From IMG/VR virus record IMGVR_UViG_3300024999_000005: 25,302 nucleotides of DNA; one strand, written 5' to 3'. Made by a program: the position numbers and the translations under genes. Position 1 is the first letter of the stretch. The number at the start of each line of letters is the position of its first letter. Source of the stretch: an uncultured virus (IMG/VR IMGVR_UViG_3300024999_000005). Its lineage: Duplodnaviria; Heunggongvirae; Uroviricota; Caudoviricetes. Shown here piece after piece: positions 1 through 9,108 of the stretch. The notes beneath the pieces are model-generated. The model worked only from the letters and a program-made list of their open reading frames with translations, made no database searches and was not told the origin of the DNA.

Positions 1-616
1 ATGACGTATCGTCTGTATTTTCAATGGGTATCACCAGCTCCATGCCAGGATATATCATGCTTGGATTTTTAATCTTATCCGTGTTGGCTTCGTATATTGC
101 CTGCCATGTCACACCAAATTTATTTGCTATTTTGGATAGCGAGTCTCTGTATTGTACTACATATGTTACAGTTTGCTTTTCAGGCGGGTTAGTCTGCACC
201 ACTGCATTTGCCGCTACAGCTAGTGCATCTAGTGATAACGTCGTCCCGATCGGAGGTTCCTGGCACACCTCCAACTTGATTGTATACGGCACGCTGTACT
301 TGTTTTGTGGCTGATAAGTAAAACTTGCTATCACAACAGGCAGTGATATTGGTCCCCATGACAGAGTTAATTGTTTGCCCGCCCTGCGCATAGAGTCTAG
401 CTCCGCCGCCCTGTCCATAGCGTCCTCATACAAAAATTCTCCCGGCCATTCGACAACTTCATCGAACGCTCCTAGCGCCTGAATTGACTTATAACCGCCA
501 GGGAATTTGTGCACTGCCAGTAGTTGCTCTCCTCCAAGTGGTATCTGCTCGGGCAGTTCATGTATATCGAAGGTGATCGTCTTGGATCCGCCTTTTAGCT
601 TCAGCTTGTAGCCCAA
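1..616 (-). CDS. LysM-domain tail/baseplate protein (XkdP-like tube initiator), 3' end runs off the window
   Basis: Not in the ORF track; translated by hand from TTG at 616, directly after the tape-measure stop: MGYKLKLKGGSKTITFDIHELPEQIPLGGEQLLAVHKFPGG...TYVVQYRDSLSKIANKFGVTWQAIYEANTDKIKNPSMIYPGMELVIP. The C-terminal part is a textbook LysM motif, and the frame is open to base 2. Confidence 0.85.
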   Translation of the reverse strand, partial: MGYKLKLKGGSKTITFDIHELPEQIPLGGEQLLAVHKFPGGYKSIQALGAFDEVVEWPGEFLYEDAMDRAAELDSMRRAGKQLTLSWGPISLPVVIASFTYQPQNKYSVPYTIKLEVCQEPPIGTTLSLDALAVAANAVVQTNPPEKQTVTYVVQYRDSLSKIANKFGVTWQAIYEANTDKIKNPSMIYPGMELVIPIENTDDTS

Positions 617-3600
617 TTAGACCACCCCCACAGACATTTTACCGGTATTGCGCCTCTTATCACGGATCATTTGCTCATATTTATGAGCTATAAGGGGCAT
701 GGCTTTTTTGACTACCGCTTGCGCTATGTCATCTGCACTTTGTTCAGGACTTGCTTGTATGACTATTGCTCCTGACTCGATCTTAATTGAAGGTACACTA
801 CCACCATTGCCATGGGAATTTACTGTAATGGTTTGCGCTGTCTGTGTCATTTCCTGAGCTATTGGCATATTCCCTTGATTTGCGCCCAAGATGTTTCTAA
901 TGCTTCTTATCGGAGAGAGAGCGCCAAGAATATGACCTGTCTTCTCCCAAAGAGACAGTGCCCTGTTTCTGTTATTTGACAGTGGTATAATAGACTCAGG
1001 GCCTTCCTCACCGACATATGCCAGGTGCTTTTGATTGATTATGCCCCCGGTTGCATATCCGACGTATTTCCCACCACTCCGGAACAAGGGCGTATTATAA
1101 ACACTGCCATAACGGCCTTTGATGTAATTTATAGCAGCTGCAGCATTATGCACCGGGTTATTGATGTCACCCATGCCTGGTGCAGCGTTTGCTCTAAAAG
1201 TACTGGGCAATGTCTGCAGTAATCCTGTAGCGTGCTCCTTCCCAACAGGCGTAGAGTTGACAACAGTAGGATTTCCGCCTGATTCTGCAGCAACCAATCT
1301 TTGCAGGCCTGGCAACCATGACTGAGATGTTCCTGTTAAAGCTAGTGCCGCTGATAGCCACTGCGTAACGTTACCGCTGACTGCGCCACCACCACTAAGC
1401 ACACCGCCCAAGGCACTTGGAATATCGCCAAAAATATCAGTTGCCATGCCCTTTAAGTCATTTGCCTTTAGTCCGTTAATCAGGCCCTGAATCATATTAA
1501 TGCCGATGCCATGAAAAACGGTTGAAGGCGATTGAATACCAAACGATGCCTTAACCGTGCCGATAACCTTGTCTGCCAGACTCTTTGCTGCCGAAGTCAC
1601 ACCTTCTGAGCCACTACTTATTCCTGCTGCCAAGTTATGCGCCACACCAAGTCCAAGAGTATTCATCTGCTCCGCTGTCGGCAGGTTACTCTTAACTGTC
1701 TCTGTCACTCTTTTGACCGCGTCAGCAACCTTAGGCAGTCCACTGTCTATTCCCTTAGCGTATTCGGCAGATGTATTATTGCCAAGCTCCGGCATTTGCT
1801 TGTTGACCTGGTTAGTTAGCCCGTTAACATCAAGGTTGGCAGGAACGTTTAGGTCGGGCACTTTAGTTCCGCCTATTGCCGCTACCTGCTTATTTAACTC
1901 TTCTGTGTTAACATTTGCCGGTACCGATAAATCTGGCACACCACCGGCATTCAGTGCCGCTACTTGCTTTTCAATGTCTCCAACGTCAAGACTTGTGGGT
2001 ATTTCTAGTCCCTGCATTCCCTGAGTGCCTAGCATTTTTGTTATATCGTCAAGATTTTGTGGCATCTCTAAGGATGTCGGTATCTTGACTTCCGCACCCT
2101 TCGGCACTTCTGGTGGTTTGGGTGGTTGCTTCTCTGCCTCCGCCTTAATGCCTAAGAATTTCTTTACTGCATCTACTGCTTTATCCCAATACTTTGCTAT
2201 TAAAAGAGGTATCCCGATAATTGGTACAAATACCGCCAATACAACAACTGCCCAACCCGGTATTTTTGCGGCAAAGCCTTTTAAAGCAGTCCACCAAGTA
2301 TCCCAATACTTTATAATTAAAATAACAACTCCGATTAAAGCCACAATAAGCAGAATTACAGCACCAATAGGGTTAGCATCCATAGCAATATTTAGAGCCC
2401 ACTGCGCCGCCGTCCATATCAGCATCAATCCCCGCATTGTTAATATTACGGGTGCAAGTAAGACCAACGCTATTCTTTGTGCCGTGGTGGTAATGACAAC
2501 TGCTCCTGTAGCTGCTGCATATAGCCATTGGGCGACAGTAACAATTAGTAAAATACTCCTATATGCGCCTGTTATTATTGCTGCAGATCTCGTATATATT
2601 GCAAGTGCCAGCGTCTTTGCTGCCGCGTAACTTGTCGCAATAGCCATTCTAGCAGTATTATACGCTGCTAGTATCATTGCAGGCACATAAGCCAAGATAA
2701 GCAACCCTGCTACCACTTTTATGACAATGCCATACCTCTCCCATAGACCTTTCACTGTATCCCAATTCTTATAGACGAGATAAGCAATACCTGCCACCAA
2801 AGCAAACGCACCAAAGGCAAGTAGAGTCTTAGTTGCTACCATGGTCCAGGTTATCCCCGACGCTACCATGATAATTCTAAGAATGCCCATGATTCCGACA
2901 AGCATCATAATAACGCCAACAACGGTAAGCGTTACAGACGTTGCTAACAGTGCCGCACCTATATATTTAATCATTTGCGGATGTGCTTTAGCCCAGACAA
3001 CAACGTTATCTCCCAAATATTTGTTTAGCCCACGGAAGGCCGTTTTAAGTGGATCAAGAAACGGCTCCCCAATAACGCGCTTCGCTATCTTCCACGTTTC
3101 CATCATGGTTTCCATGAGGTTTTTGGTGCCGGACATTTGAATCTCGATCTGCTGATACATGTCCAACTGGTTGGCAATGTTCTTACTGACCTGAGTATAT
3201 ATATTTGAATCTGACGCCAAAGCTAAAGCGGTTACCTTGCCCTGCTCCAGGAAAACCTTAGACATAAGCGACTGAAAGGCGGCAGGATTGTTAATTTTCT
3301 TCCGCGTTTCCTGTAATATTTGAGTTATGTAATCAGCGCCTTTTGTCTGCCCTTTGTCGTCGAAAAATATGCTTGTACCGTCTTGCTTAAGCCAACCGAG
3401 TTGATCCATAGCACCTTTTTGTTTTTTAGTTTTCGGGATAAGCCTATCAAGAAAGTCTTTGGTAAACGTTCCTGCCGAAGCACCATCTTTTGTGTAAGTG
3501 CCAGTTGCGGCAAGTATTTTAACAGCGTCCTCTGGTGTCATGCCAAGCGTTCCGGCAACACCTGAGGAAGTCAACATACCTGACATAACTTGTGCATAAT

Positions 3601-4240
3601 CCATTGTTGAAGCAGCGGCGGTTTTGGCGTAAAAGTTTGCCGCTTGCAGGGTACGATCTCCGCTCATATTAAAGGCAGCTTTCTGTTTGGCGATAAAGTC
3701 GCCGGCCTCTTGGGTACCAACCCCGCCCAACTGTGCTGAGTAGATAGCTGCGGTAAGTCCTGAGTAGTTATACCCGTCCTTACCTTTCATGCCAAGCAAA
3801 AACTCTTTACTCACGCCACCCTTAAGCATCCCCAGCGCTGCCTCTGCAACCCCGGTATCACTAAACTTTGTAGCAATACCGATTTTCTCGAAGCCATGCT
3901 CCAGTTCCTTGAGGGTTTGCTTTATCTCTCCCGCTTTACTCATATTTAAAAGATCCTTACCAAAGGCAGCTATTTTGACGTTATTCATAACGTCCTCGAA
4001 TTCCATAGCCTCCTTAGTCACATCTTTTAGTGCCGACGTCACCGCAATAATTCCAGCGACACCGACACCTGCCAAAAGCCCTCCGGCGAAGGTAAATTTC
4101 TTTAATCTGTCAAGCCTTCTTAGGGTGTCTTCACTAGCATTTCCAAGCAGTCTAAACCTTGCTGCAACTCTATCAATGTAAGCGGAGGCGTGATCCACTG
4201 CTGAAATTATGACCGCTAACTTAAAAACTGTATCCATCAA
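617..4240 (-). CDS. Tail tape measure protein with C-terminal lytic transglycosylase (SLT) domain
   Basis: 1207 aa, Ala/Gly-rich helical with a hydrophobic central region; SLT motifs AESGGNP, ATGLLQ and NPVHNAAAAINYIKGRYG (~1085-1365); YATGG..GEEGPESIIPL motif; lies after the tube and chaperone genes. Confidence 0.93.
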   Translation of the reverse strand: MMDTVFKLAVIISAVDHASAYIDRVAARFRLLGNASEDTLRRLDRLKKFTFAGGLLAGVGVAGIIAVTSALKDVTKEAMEFEDVMNNVKIAAFGKDLLNMSKAGEIKQTLKELEHGFEKIGIATKFSDTGVAEAALGMLKGGVSKEFLLGMKGKDGYNYSGLTAAIYSAQLGGVGTQEAGDFIAKQKAAFNMSGDRTLQAANFYAKTAAASTMDYAQVMSGMLTSSGVAGTLGMTPEDAVKILAATGTYTKDGASAGTFTKDFLDRLIPKTKKQKGAMDQLGWLKQDGTSIFFDDKGQTKGADYITQILQETRKKINNPAAFQSLMSKVFLEQGKVTALALASDSNIYTQVSKNIANQLDMYQQIEIQMSGTKNLMETMMETWKIAKRVIGEPFLDPLKTAFRGLNKYLGDNVVVWAKAHPQMIKYIGAALLATSVTLTVVGVIMMLVGIMGILRIIMVASGITWTMVATKTLLAFGAFALVAGIAYLVYKNWDTVKGLWERYGIVIKVVAGLLILAYVPAMILAAYNTARMAIATSYAAAKTLALAIYTRSAAIITGAYRSILLIVTVAQWLYAAATGAVVITTTAQRIALVLLAPVILTMRGLMLIWTAAQWALNIAMDANPIGAVILLIVALIGVVILIIKYWDTWWTALKGFAAKIPGWAVVVLAVFVPIIGIPLLIAKYWDKAVDAVKKFLGIKAEAEKQPPKPPEVPKGAEVKIPTSLEMPQNLDDITKMLGTQGMQGLEIPTSLDVGDIEKQVAALNAGGVPDLSVPANVNTEELNKQVAAIGGTKVPDLNVPANLDVNGLTNQVNKQMPELGNNTSAEYAKGIDSGLPKVADAVKRVTETVKSNLPTAEQMNTLGLGVAHNLAAGISSGSEGVTSAAKSLADKVIGTVKASFGIQSPSTVFHGIGINMIQGLINGLKANDLKGMATDIFGDIPSALGGVLSGGGAVSGNVTQWLSAALALTGTSQSWLPGLQRLVAAESGGNPTVVNSTPVGKEHATGLLQTLPSTFRANAAPGMGDINNPVHNAAAAINYIKGRYGSVYNTPLFRSGGKYVGYATGGIINQKHLAYVGEEGPESIIPLSNNRNRALSLWEKTGHILGALSPIRSIRNILGANQGNMPIAQEMTQTAQTITVNSHGNGGSVPSIKIESGAIVIQASPEQSADDIAQAVVKKAMPLIAHKYEQMIRDKRRNTGKMSVGVV

Positions 4241-4249
4241 TCACGCCTC

Positions 4250-4390
4250 CTAACTTTTTGGATTGTTGAACTTATTGATTATTTTTATTGCTGCATATCT
4301 TTCACGCCTAGTAAACCCTACCGCCACGTCCCAGGGTATGCCGTTCATGGCGCACCCAATTAGTTCTTGGTAGGTAGGGTTATCAGTCAT
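4250..4390 (-). CDS. Small tail assembly chaperone partner (gpT/E'-like position), 46 aa
   Basis: Not in the track. MTDNPTYQELIGCAMNGIPWDVAVGFTRRERYAAIKIINKFNNPKS*; its ATG overlaps the upstream TGA (ATGA) and it fills the gap before the tape measure gene. Confidence 0.7.
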   Translation of the reverse strand: MTDNPTYQELIGCAMNGIPWDVAVGFTRRERYAAIKIINKFNNPKS

Positions 4391-4767
4391 TCCGAGAGCT
4401 GTTCATCATCTTCCTTGAACTCATTTAAGGCTGAATATTTCTTATCAATCTGCGCCTTTTCTTTAGATGTGAAAGTAGCCCAGAACAGGTCAATGTCCTC
4501 GGCTTTTCTGATTGGATTAGGCTTTTCACCGTCAATACTGACGACGGACCGAGCCATCAAGCCTGCGCGGTATGACATAGCACCGGCAGAGTCAGGAGTA
4601 AATTTTTTACCCAAGAGTTTTGTAACGATGGTTTCGTCAAGGCCGGTTGTTTCTCTAAGAACAATAACCCTGCCCTTGTAAGTGGTTACGGAAGTTGCCT
4701 CAATGGTGGTCCCTCCCTCCGGCATATCCTCAGCCATTTCCTTGAGTAATTCTTTTAAAGTCGGCAT
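4387..4767 (-). CDS. Tail assembly chaperone
   Basis: 126 aa, acidic, between tube and tape measure; RBS AAGGGAG. Confidence 0.7.
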   Translation of the reverse strand: MPTLKELLKEMAEDMPEGGTTIEATSVTTYKGRVIVLRETTGLDETIVTKLLGKKFTPDSAGAMSYRAGLMARSVVSIDGEKPNPIRKAEDIDLFWATFTSKEKAQIDKKYSALNEFKEDDEQLSE

Positions 4768-4796
4768 AATAATCTCCCTTCGATGTGCAAATTTAA

Positions 4797-4818
4797 GACC
4801 TCAGATTTCTCCGAGGTC
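4797..4818 (-). terminator. Hairpin (weak terminator or stabilising stem) after the tube gene
   Basis: Minus strand GACCTCGGA-GAAA-TCTGAGGTC: 9 bp with one G.U pair and a GNRA loop, followed by TTAAATTT. Confidence 0.55.
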
Positions 4819-4822
4819 ATTT

Positions 4823-5251
4823 TTACTCAGCAGTTCTGCGCGGCGAGAAGCCTTTAGCTTGTTCTTTGATCGCTTCTGCAGCTTTGTCCTGACTAAATTG
4901 ATAGTCGTAAATGGTGACGTCCTCAAACTTGTACTTCTCTTGAGTGCCGTCATAGTGGTCGATCACCTGATTAAATTCAAATCGCGGCATAGGTTTGCCG
5001 TCATGGTAATTGTCTTCCAGTGAGGCGATCAGGTTTGCTAATTCCCTGTCAATCTTCTCCCCGTCCCAGTCGAGGGACCAACCCTGAGGCACAAATTGAG
5101 CATGAACCTTGGTTTCACCGAGAGGCTGTTTTTTCTTTAAGTCGCCCTCTTGCTTGGCTGAGAATTTTAACACCTCACCGACACTTTGCGGGCCACTGGA
5201 GGTAGTTACTGAGACATACGCCATACTTCCTAAAACACTGTCTTTAGCCAA
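4823..5251 (-). CDS. Tail tube protein
   Basis: 142 aa, beta-rich, directly after the sheath; TTG start with GGAGGTG RBS. Confidence 0.8.
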   Translation of the reverse strand: MAKDSVLGSMAYVSVTTSSGPQSVGEVLKFSAKQEGDLKKKQPLGETKVHAQFVPQGWSLDWDGEKIDRELANLIASLEDNYHDGKPMPRFEFNQVIDHYDGTQEKYKFEDVTIYDYQFSQDKAAEAIKEQAKGFSPRRTAE

Positions 5252-5254
5252 TTC

Positions 5255-6715
5255 CTACACCTCCACATTGGAACCAGACTCAAGCCTGATAACAATAAAG
5301 TCAGCGATATTCCACAACTTGATCTTCGGATCAGCGATCAGCATTTTAGCTGCCATTGTATCAGCAGTGTTATTTGTTGCATCAGCTGTCACCGAGTAAC
5401 CTTCAATCATCTCAAGCTTTTGGTATGAACCAAAATATGACTTAATCTGATTGCCTACCTTATCACGTAACCCGTTCTTAACCTTAGGCGCATAGGTATG
5501 GGGTTTTGATTTCGACCACCTAAGAGCAATCGGCAATTCCCTCTCAAACAACGAAGTCATACGGCGACGAAAGATTTGCTCTAACTCCGAATCAGTAGAA
5601 AGAGTGATTCCATTGAGCACTTCCCAGCCTGCTCCGAAATTGATAATAGCGTTCATTCTGGCTGTAGTCAGCTTTATTGCCTCGTTGCGGTCAATCGGTA
5701 TGGCACTACCTACTATACCGTTAACGGTCACACCTGCAGGGCTTTCGTGCGGACTAATAACCGATAGAACGCCACACAGGTAACCACCACCTGCTATCAC
5801 AATACCGCTGTCGTCTTGATACCAACCATAGGCCATAGTTGCAAAGTCAGTGTTATAGTTAGGCACTGCGGCAATTGCTTGGTCAACCGTTTGACCACTC
5901 GGAGTATTGCAGACAGCAAAGCGGTTAAAGGTTTCTGCTTGTGTAATGAGTGATGTATTAACTGCCTGCGTCCCATAATCAGCGACATGAATAATCTCAA
6001 CATCTGGCACCGCCTCAAGAGCTTTCAGACCTGTACGGTTGCCGCTTACATCAATAGCGCCCTGGTAACTGGCATCATTTAGAGCAGCGCCATCACTACC
6101 ACCTAACATGGCAGTTGTCGATTTAACTGCAGGATTAGCTAAAGCTCCAACTGATGTGCTGGCTAAATCTTCGAGTATCACGTTTTTAGATTTACCGTTG
6201 ATAATGGTTAAAGCGTACTGTTTGCTTGTTGCGTCCATCACCAAGTTGTCGTAAATCTCAGTTGCGCCATTACCGGAAATTGTGAGCTTGAAGGTGCTCG
6301 CTGTGCTGCCATCGGCAACTGTCACATTAAAGTCGTTGCCATATGCGCCCGGATAAATTGCTGAGACTTTTAATGTCTGATCTACCGGATCGCCTCGGTC
6401 ATTAAGCGTAATACTTGCGGTACCGTAACCAGCACCAAGAACGCGTATTAACCTAAAGTTTGACGCTCCCTGCTTCCTTGCTGCAAGATAGGCATTAGCA
6501 CCAGAGAACTGCCCTACGCCGACATTGCCCATTTTTAATACAAAGTCTTTTTCATCACCAACAGTAATCGGCATTCCTACCGCTCCGCGCTCAAAAATAC
6601 CTACGATGCCAACAACTCCAGAAGGTAGCATCTTAAAGCCTTTTGGTGTAGGCGGTACCTCATAAATATAAACATCGGGAATAACCAACCCGGACAAATT
6701 TTTAACAATGGTCAA
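5255..6715 (-). CDS. Contractile tail sheath protein
   Basis: 486 aa; N-terminal PDVYIYEV..GVVGIVGIFERG, SAIYPGAYGN, GGSDG, RTGLKALE and C-terminal IFRRR are typical sheath motifs. Confidence 0.92.
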   Translation of the reverse strand: MTIVKNLSGLVIPDVYIYEVPPTPKGFKMLPSGVVGIVGIFERGAVGMPITVGDEKDFVLKMGNVGVGQFSGANAYLAARKQGASNFRLIRVLGAGYGTASITLNDRGDPVDQTLKVSAIYPGAYGNDFNVTVADGSTASTFKLTISGNGATEIYDNLVMDATSKQYALTIINGKSKNVILEDLASTSVGALANPAVKSTTAMLGGSDGAALNDASYQGAIDVSGNRTGLKALEAVPDVEIIHVADYGTQAVNTSLITQAETFNRFAVCNTPSGQTVDQAIAAVPNYNTDFATMAYGWYQDDSGIVIAGGGYLCGVLSVISPHESPAGVTVNGIVGSAIPIDRNEAIKLTTARMNAIINFGAGWEVLNGITLSTDSELEQIFRRRMTSLFERELPIALRWSKSKPHTYAPKVKNGLRDKVGNQIKSYFGSYQKLEMIEGYSVTADATNNTADTMAAKMLIADPKIKLWNIADFIVIRLESGSNVEV

Positions 6716-6727
6716 TCTTATCCCCCC

Positions 6728-7255
6728 TTATGTAACTTGATTATTGACTACTAACTCGTCGGCAGGCTGGAAGGTGTCCGCTATCAGAAGTTTTCCGCTG
6801 CACTTAAGCGTATAATCTCGCTGATAGAACCCCACCTCGCCTTTGCTGTCGTGTGGTACGCCTTGAACCAAAATAACAGTATGATCGTCAAAAGGATCGC
6901 CTGGTAAATCGTGATAGCGTTTTTTCTGCAGGTATTCCTCAATTTTCTGCCCTTGTTCTGAGCGTTCACGCTTGGTCTCGGTGAATACTGACAACTGCAG
7001 CAGGAACCAGTACCTTTTCCATTCACCAACTACCGGCAGAGTGCCATCAGGATTTACAGGCAAGGTAACGTGTGAGTCGCCCGGCGTTACAAAATCCCTT
7101 GCTGTACCACTTATCTTTAATAACCCCACGGCAGGCGTTTTAAACTTAAAATGGGACGGGTCAGGATAATCTGCTTTAACTGTCATTTGCGTTCCTGTTG
7201 CTGCTCTTACAGCTACCTTTAAGGCTTCATAAATCAGCAATACCGGGTCCCTCAC
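6728..7255 (-). CDS. Tail terminator / neck protein
   Basis: 175 aa immediately upstream of the sheath; alpha/beta pattern (YWFLLQLSVF...FYQRDYTL); assigned mainly by synteny. Confidence 0.6.
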   Translation of the reverse strand: MRDPVLLIYEALKVAVRAATGTQMTVKADYPDPSHFKFKTPAVGLLKISGTARDFVTPGDSHVTLPVNPDGTLPVVGEWKRYWFLLQLSVFTETKRERSEQGQKIEEYLQKKRYHDLPGDPFDDHTVILVQGVPHDSKGEVGFYQRDYTLKCSGKLLIADTFQPADELVVNNQVT

Positions 7256-7259
7256 ATGA

Positions 7260-7790
7260 TCACCTCCTGAAAGTTTTCATAACTGCCTCGGCAAATTCAC
7301 GTTTTACTTCTTCTTCGCTCTCGTGTAGCGAAGGTCTTGCGTGGGCTCTTTCTGGCACTGGTACTCTATGCCCTCTCCCTGCCCTACCGCCGAATTCGTG
7401 AATAGCGGCATACTCCTTGTCGGTACCCACAACTGCAGTCATGCCATTATCGCGGATTTCCATGGTGTAACTACCGCGTAGTAATCCCATGTCAAGCAAA
7501 GGTGCATCTGCATCAGTACCGGTTGCCCATGTGCCATGTTCGGCTAGATGCTTGACTCCCGAACGCATTAGTTTACCTTTTCTGGCTCCACGCTTAACGG
7601 TGAATTTGCGCTTGACGGTTGAGGCTTTTAGTTTCGGCCAACCTGCTTGATATTTACCAAGTTTGGCTTTTATTCTGCCCATCACCAGCACACCAGAGCG
7701 CTTAACCGCTGTCTCGAGATTACCTGATAGATTAGCGGGCAGGGTAGATAGAGTTCTTATTAAGTCATCAAAGCCGCTCATACTACTCAT
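7260..7790 (-). CDS. Virion morphogenesis / tail-completion protein (P2 gpS, HK97 gp10-like)
   Basis: WPKLKAST, PLLDMGLLRGS, VGTDKEYAAIHEFG and VPERAH motifs. ATG at 7790 preferred over the track start at 7808. Confidence 0.85.
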   Translation of the reverse strand: MSSMSGFDDLIRTLSTLPANLSGNLETAVKRSGVLVMGRIKAKLGKYQAGWPKLKASTVKRKFTVKRGARKGKLMRSGVKHLAEHGTWATGTDADAPLLDMGLLRGSYTMEIRDNGMTAVVGTDKEYAAIHEFGGRAGRGHRVPVPERAHARPSLHESEEEVKREFAEAVMKTFRR

Positions 7791-8181
7791 TGTCCACCAA
7801 CCCTTCATCCATCAACCTTTCGGCGATGCAGTGCAGCGCCTGCAAGGATCCCCACGCTCTTTCAGGGAACACAGAGTTTATTTTGTACCTCTCACCATCA
7901 ACGATCAAGAAGTAACTTGTCTTTATGTCGGCGTCGGGTTGTGCTACGAATTCAAAAACCCCTGCCGGTTTGCCGCCTACAGGAGTTTCGTCCTCGCTTT
8001 GCTTTTGCTCAGCTTCGATAATTTTAATTGTAGTAGAGATAGGTGGTCCTTCTGGCTCAGCTAAAATGTCCTCAGGATCTGCAACTGGTGGTTTTTCGAT
8101 GATAGCATCAAAGCCCTGAGCTGCGAATATGGCGGCAATGTGTCGCTGAGTACGTGAGGATCTACTGTCACCTAAAGCCAT
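7783..8181 (-). CDS. Head-closure / head-tail joining protein
   Basis: 132 aa with DIKTSYFLIVDGERYKINSV, resembling head-closure beta-barrels; synteny. Confidence 0.65.
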   Translation of the reverse strand: MALGDSRSSRTQRHIAAIFAAQGFDAIIEKPPVADPEDILAEPEGPPISTTIKIIEAEQKQSEDETPVGGKPAGVFEFVAQPDADIKTSYFLIVDGERYKINSVFPERAWGSLQALHCIAERLMDEGLVDNE

Positions 8182-8718
8182 TTACCCTACACTCCCATAT
8201 GCTACGAAGTAAACTTGATCCTCATACTGTTGCCGTGCTACTGCAGCTAGTTTAATCAAGTAATCGGGTAGCTTAGAGTTATCTACCTCGAAGGATTTGC
8301 CGATTTTGTACTTGGCCAGCATAGCTTCGTCCCCGGCAAGTGCGTTATAAGCTTTATCTTTCGCGAATAATACCAGGGGGTTTGAATCTACCTTCTCCCA
8401 GGGCCATGTTGCGCGGTAATCAAAGGACCACTCGTAACTTGACGACGGTATAGGGCTTAATCTTAACTTACTGTCAACAATGCGGTATTCCCATTCTTCC
8501 AGTTCTTCGAAAAAACCCAAAAAGTCATCTGGCAACAGGTATTTACTGACCCCCGCCACAAGATTTATACTTCCTTCGCGGAGGTATGGCTTATTGCCCG
8601 AATAATCCCTTAGAGCCGACGTGAGGTAGGACTGCAGATCGTCGTCGGTAAATACCTTCTCTTCCCCGTTATCTCTAATTTCTTTGCGGAGTATTTCAGT
8701 TATAGTTGCCAGGGTCAT
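8182..8718 (-). CDS. Head-tail adaptor (connector) protein
   Basis: VFTDDDLQSYL and INLVAGVSKYLLPDDF motifs typical of adaptors; ATG at 8718 overlaps the upstream TGA. Confidence 0.7.
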   Translation of the reverse strand: MTLATITEILRKEIRDNGEEKVFTDDDLQSYLTSALRDYSGNKPYLREGSINLVAGVSKYLLPDDFLGFFEELEEWEYRIVDSKLRLSPIPSSSYEWSFDYRATWPWEKVDSNPLVLFAKDKAYNALAGDEAMLAKYKIGKSFEVDNSKLPDYLIKLAAVARQQYEDQVYFVAYGSVG

Positions 8719-8939
8719 TTCCTGCACCCCTTTTTATTGATTAAATCAACCAGTTTTTCAGCGATACCCTGAGATAATTTCTCACGATACTCTTCTCCAT
8801 CTTTAAGCAAAGTCATTTTAAGTTCTTCTAACTGCTTTATTACTTCATCAACAATATTATTGACTCGGTATTTCAATCGGATTATAGATATCAATAAAGT
8901 GACATTAAGAAGAATTGAGCATATAAGCAATTTGTTCAT
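8715..8939 (-). CDS. Hypothetical small membrane-anchored protein
   Basis: 74 aa; hydrophobic N-terminus LLICSILLNVTLLISII then coiled-coil-like; AT-rich; coupled by TAATG and ATGA overlaps. Confidence 0.65.
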   Translation of the reverse strand: MNKLLICSILLNVTLLISIIRLKYRVNNIVDEVIKQLEELKMTLLKDGEEYREKLSQGIAEKLVDLINKKGCRK

Positions 8940-9091
8940 TACCTATTACCACGTTTCTTAATGTCCTTTTCCGGTTCGGCAACTTTTACCTTTTCCGGTA
9001 CCGGGTCCGGAACATGATAGACTTGACCGGGAGCGATTAACTGCCCGGTCGCTGGATTAAAAAATGGTGAATCTCCGTTTACCTTAATCAT
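8939..9091 (-). CDS. Small head-associated hypothetical protein, 50 aa
   Basis: Not in the track. MIKVNGDSPFFNPATGQLIAPGQVYHVPDPVPEKVKVAEPEKDIKKRGNR*; GGAG RBS; follows the capsid gene; stop overlaps the next ATG. Confidence 0.7.
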   Translation of the reverse strand: MIKVNGDSPFFNPATGQLIAPGQVYHVPDPVPEKVKVAEPEKDIKKRGNR

Positions 9092-9108
9092 TCTCAGCAC
9101 TCCAATCT

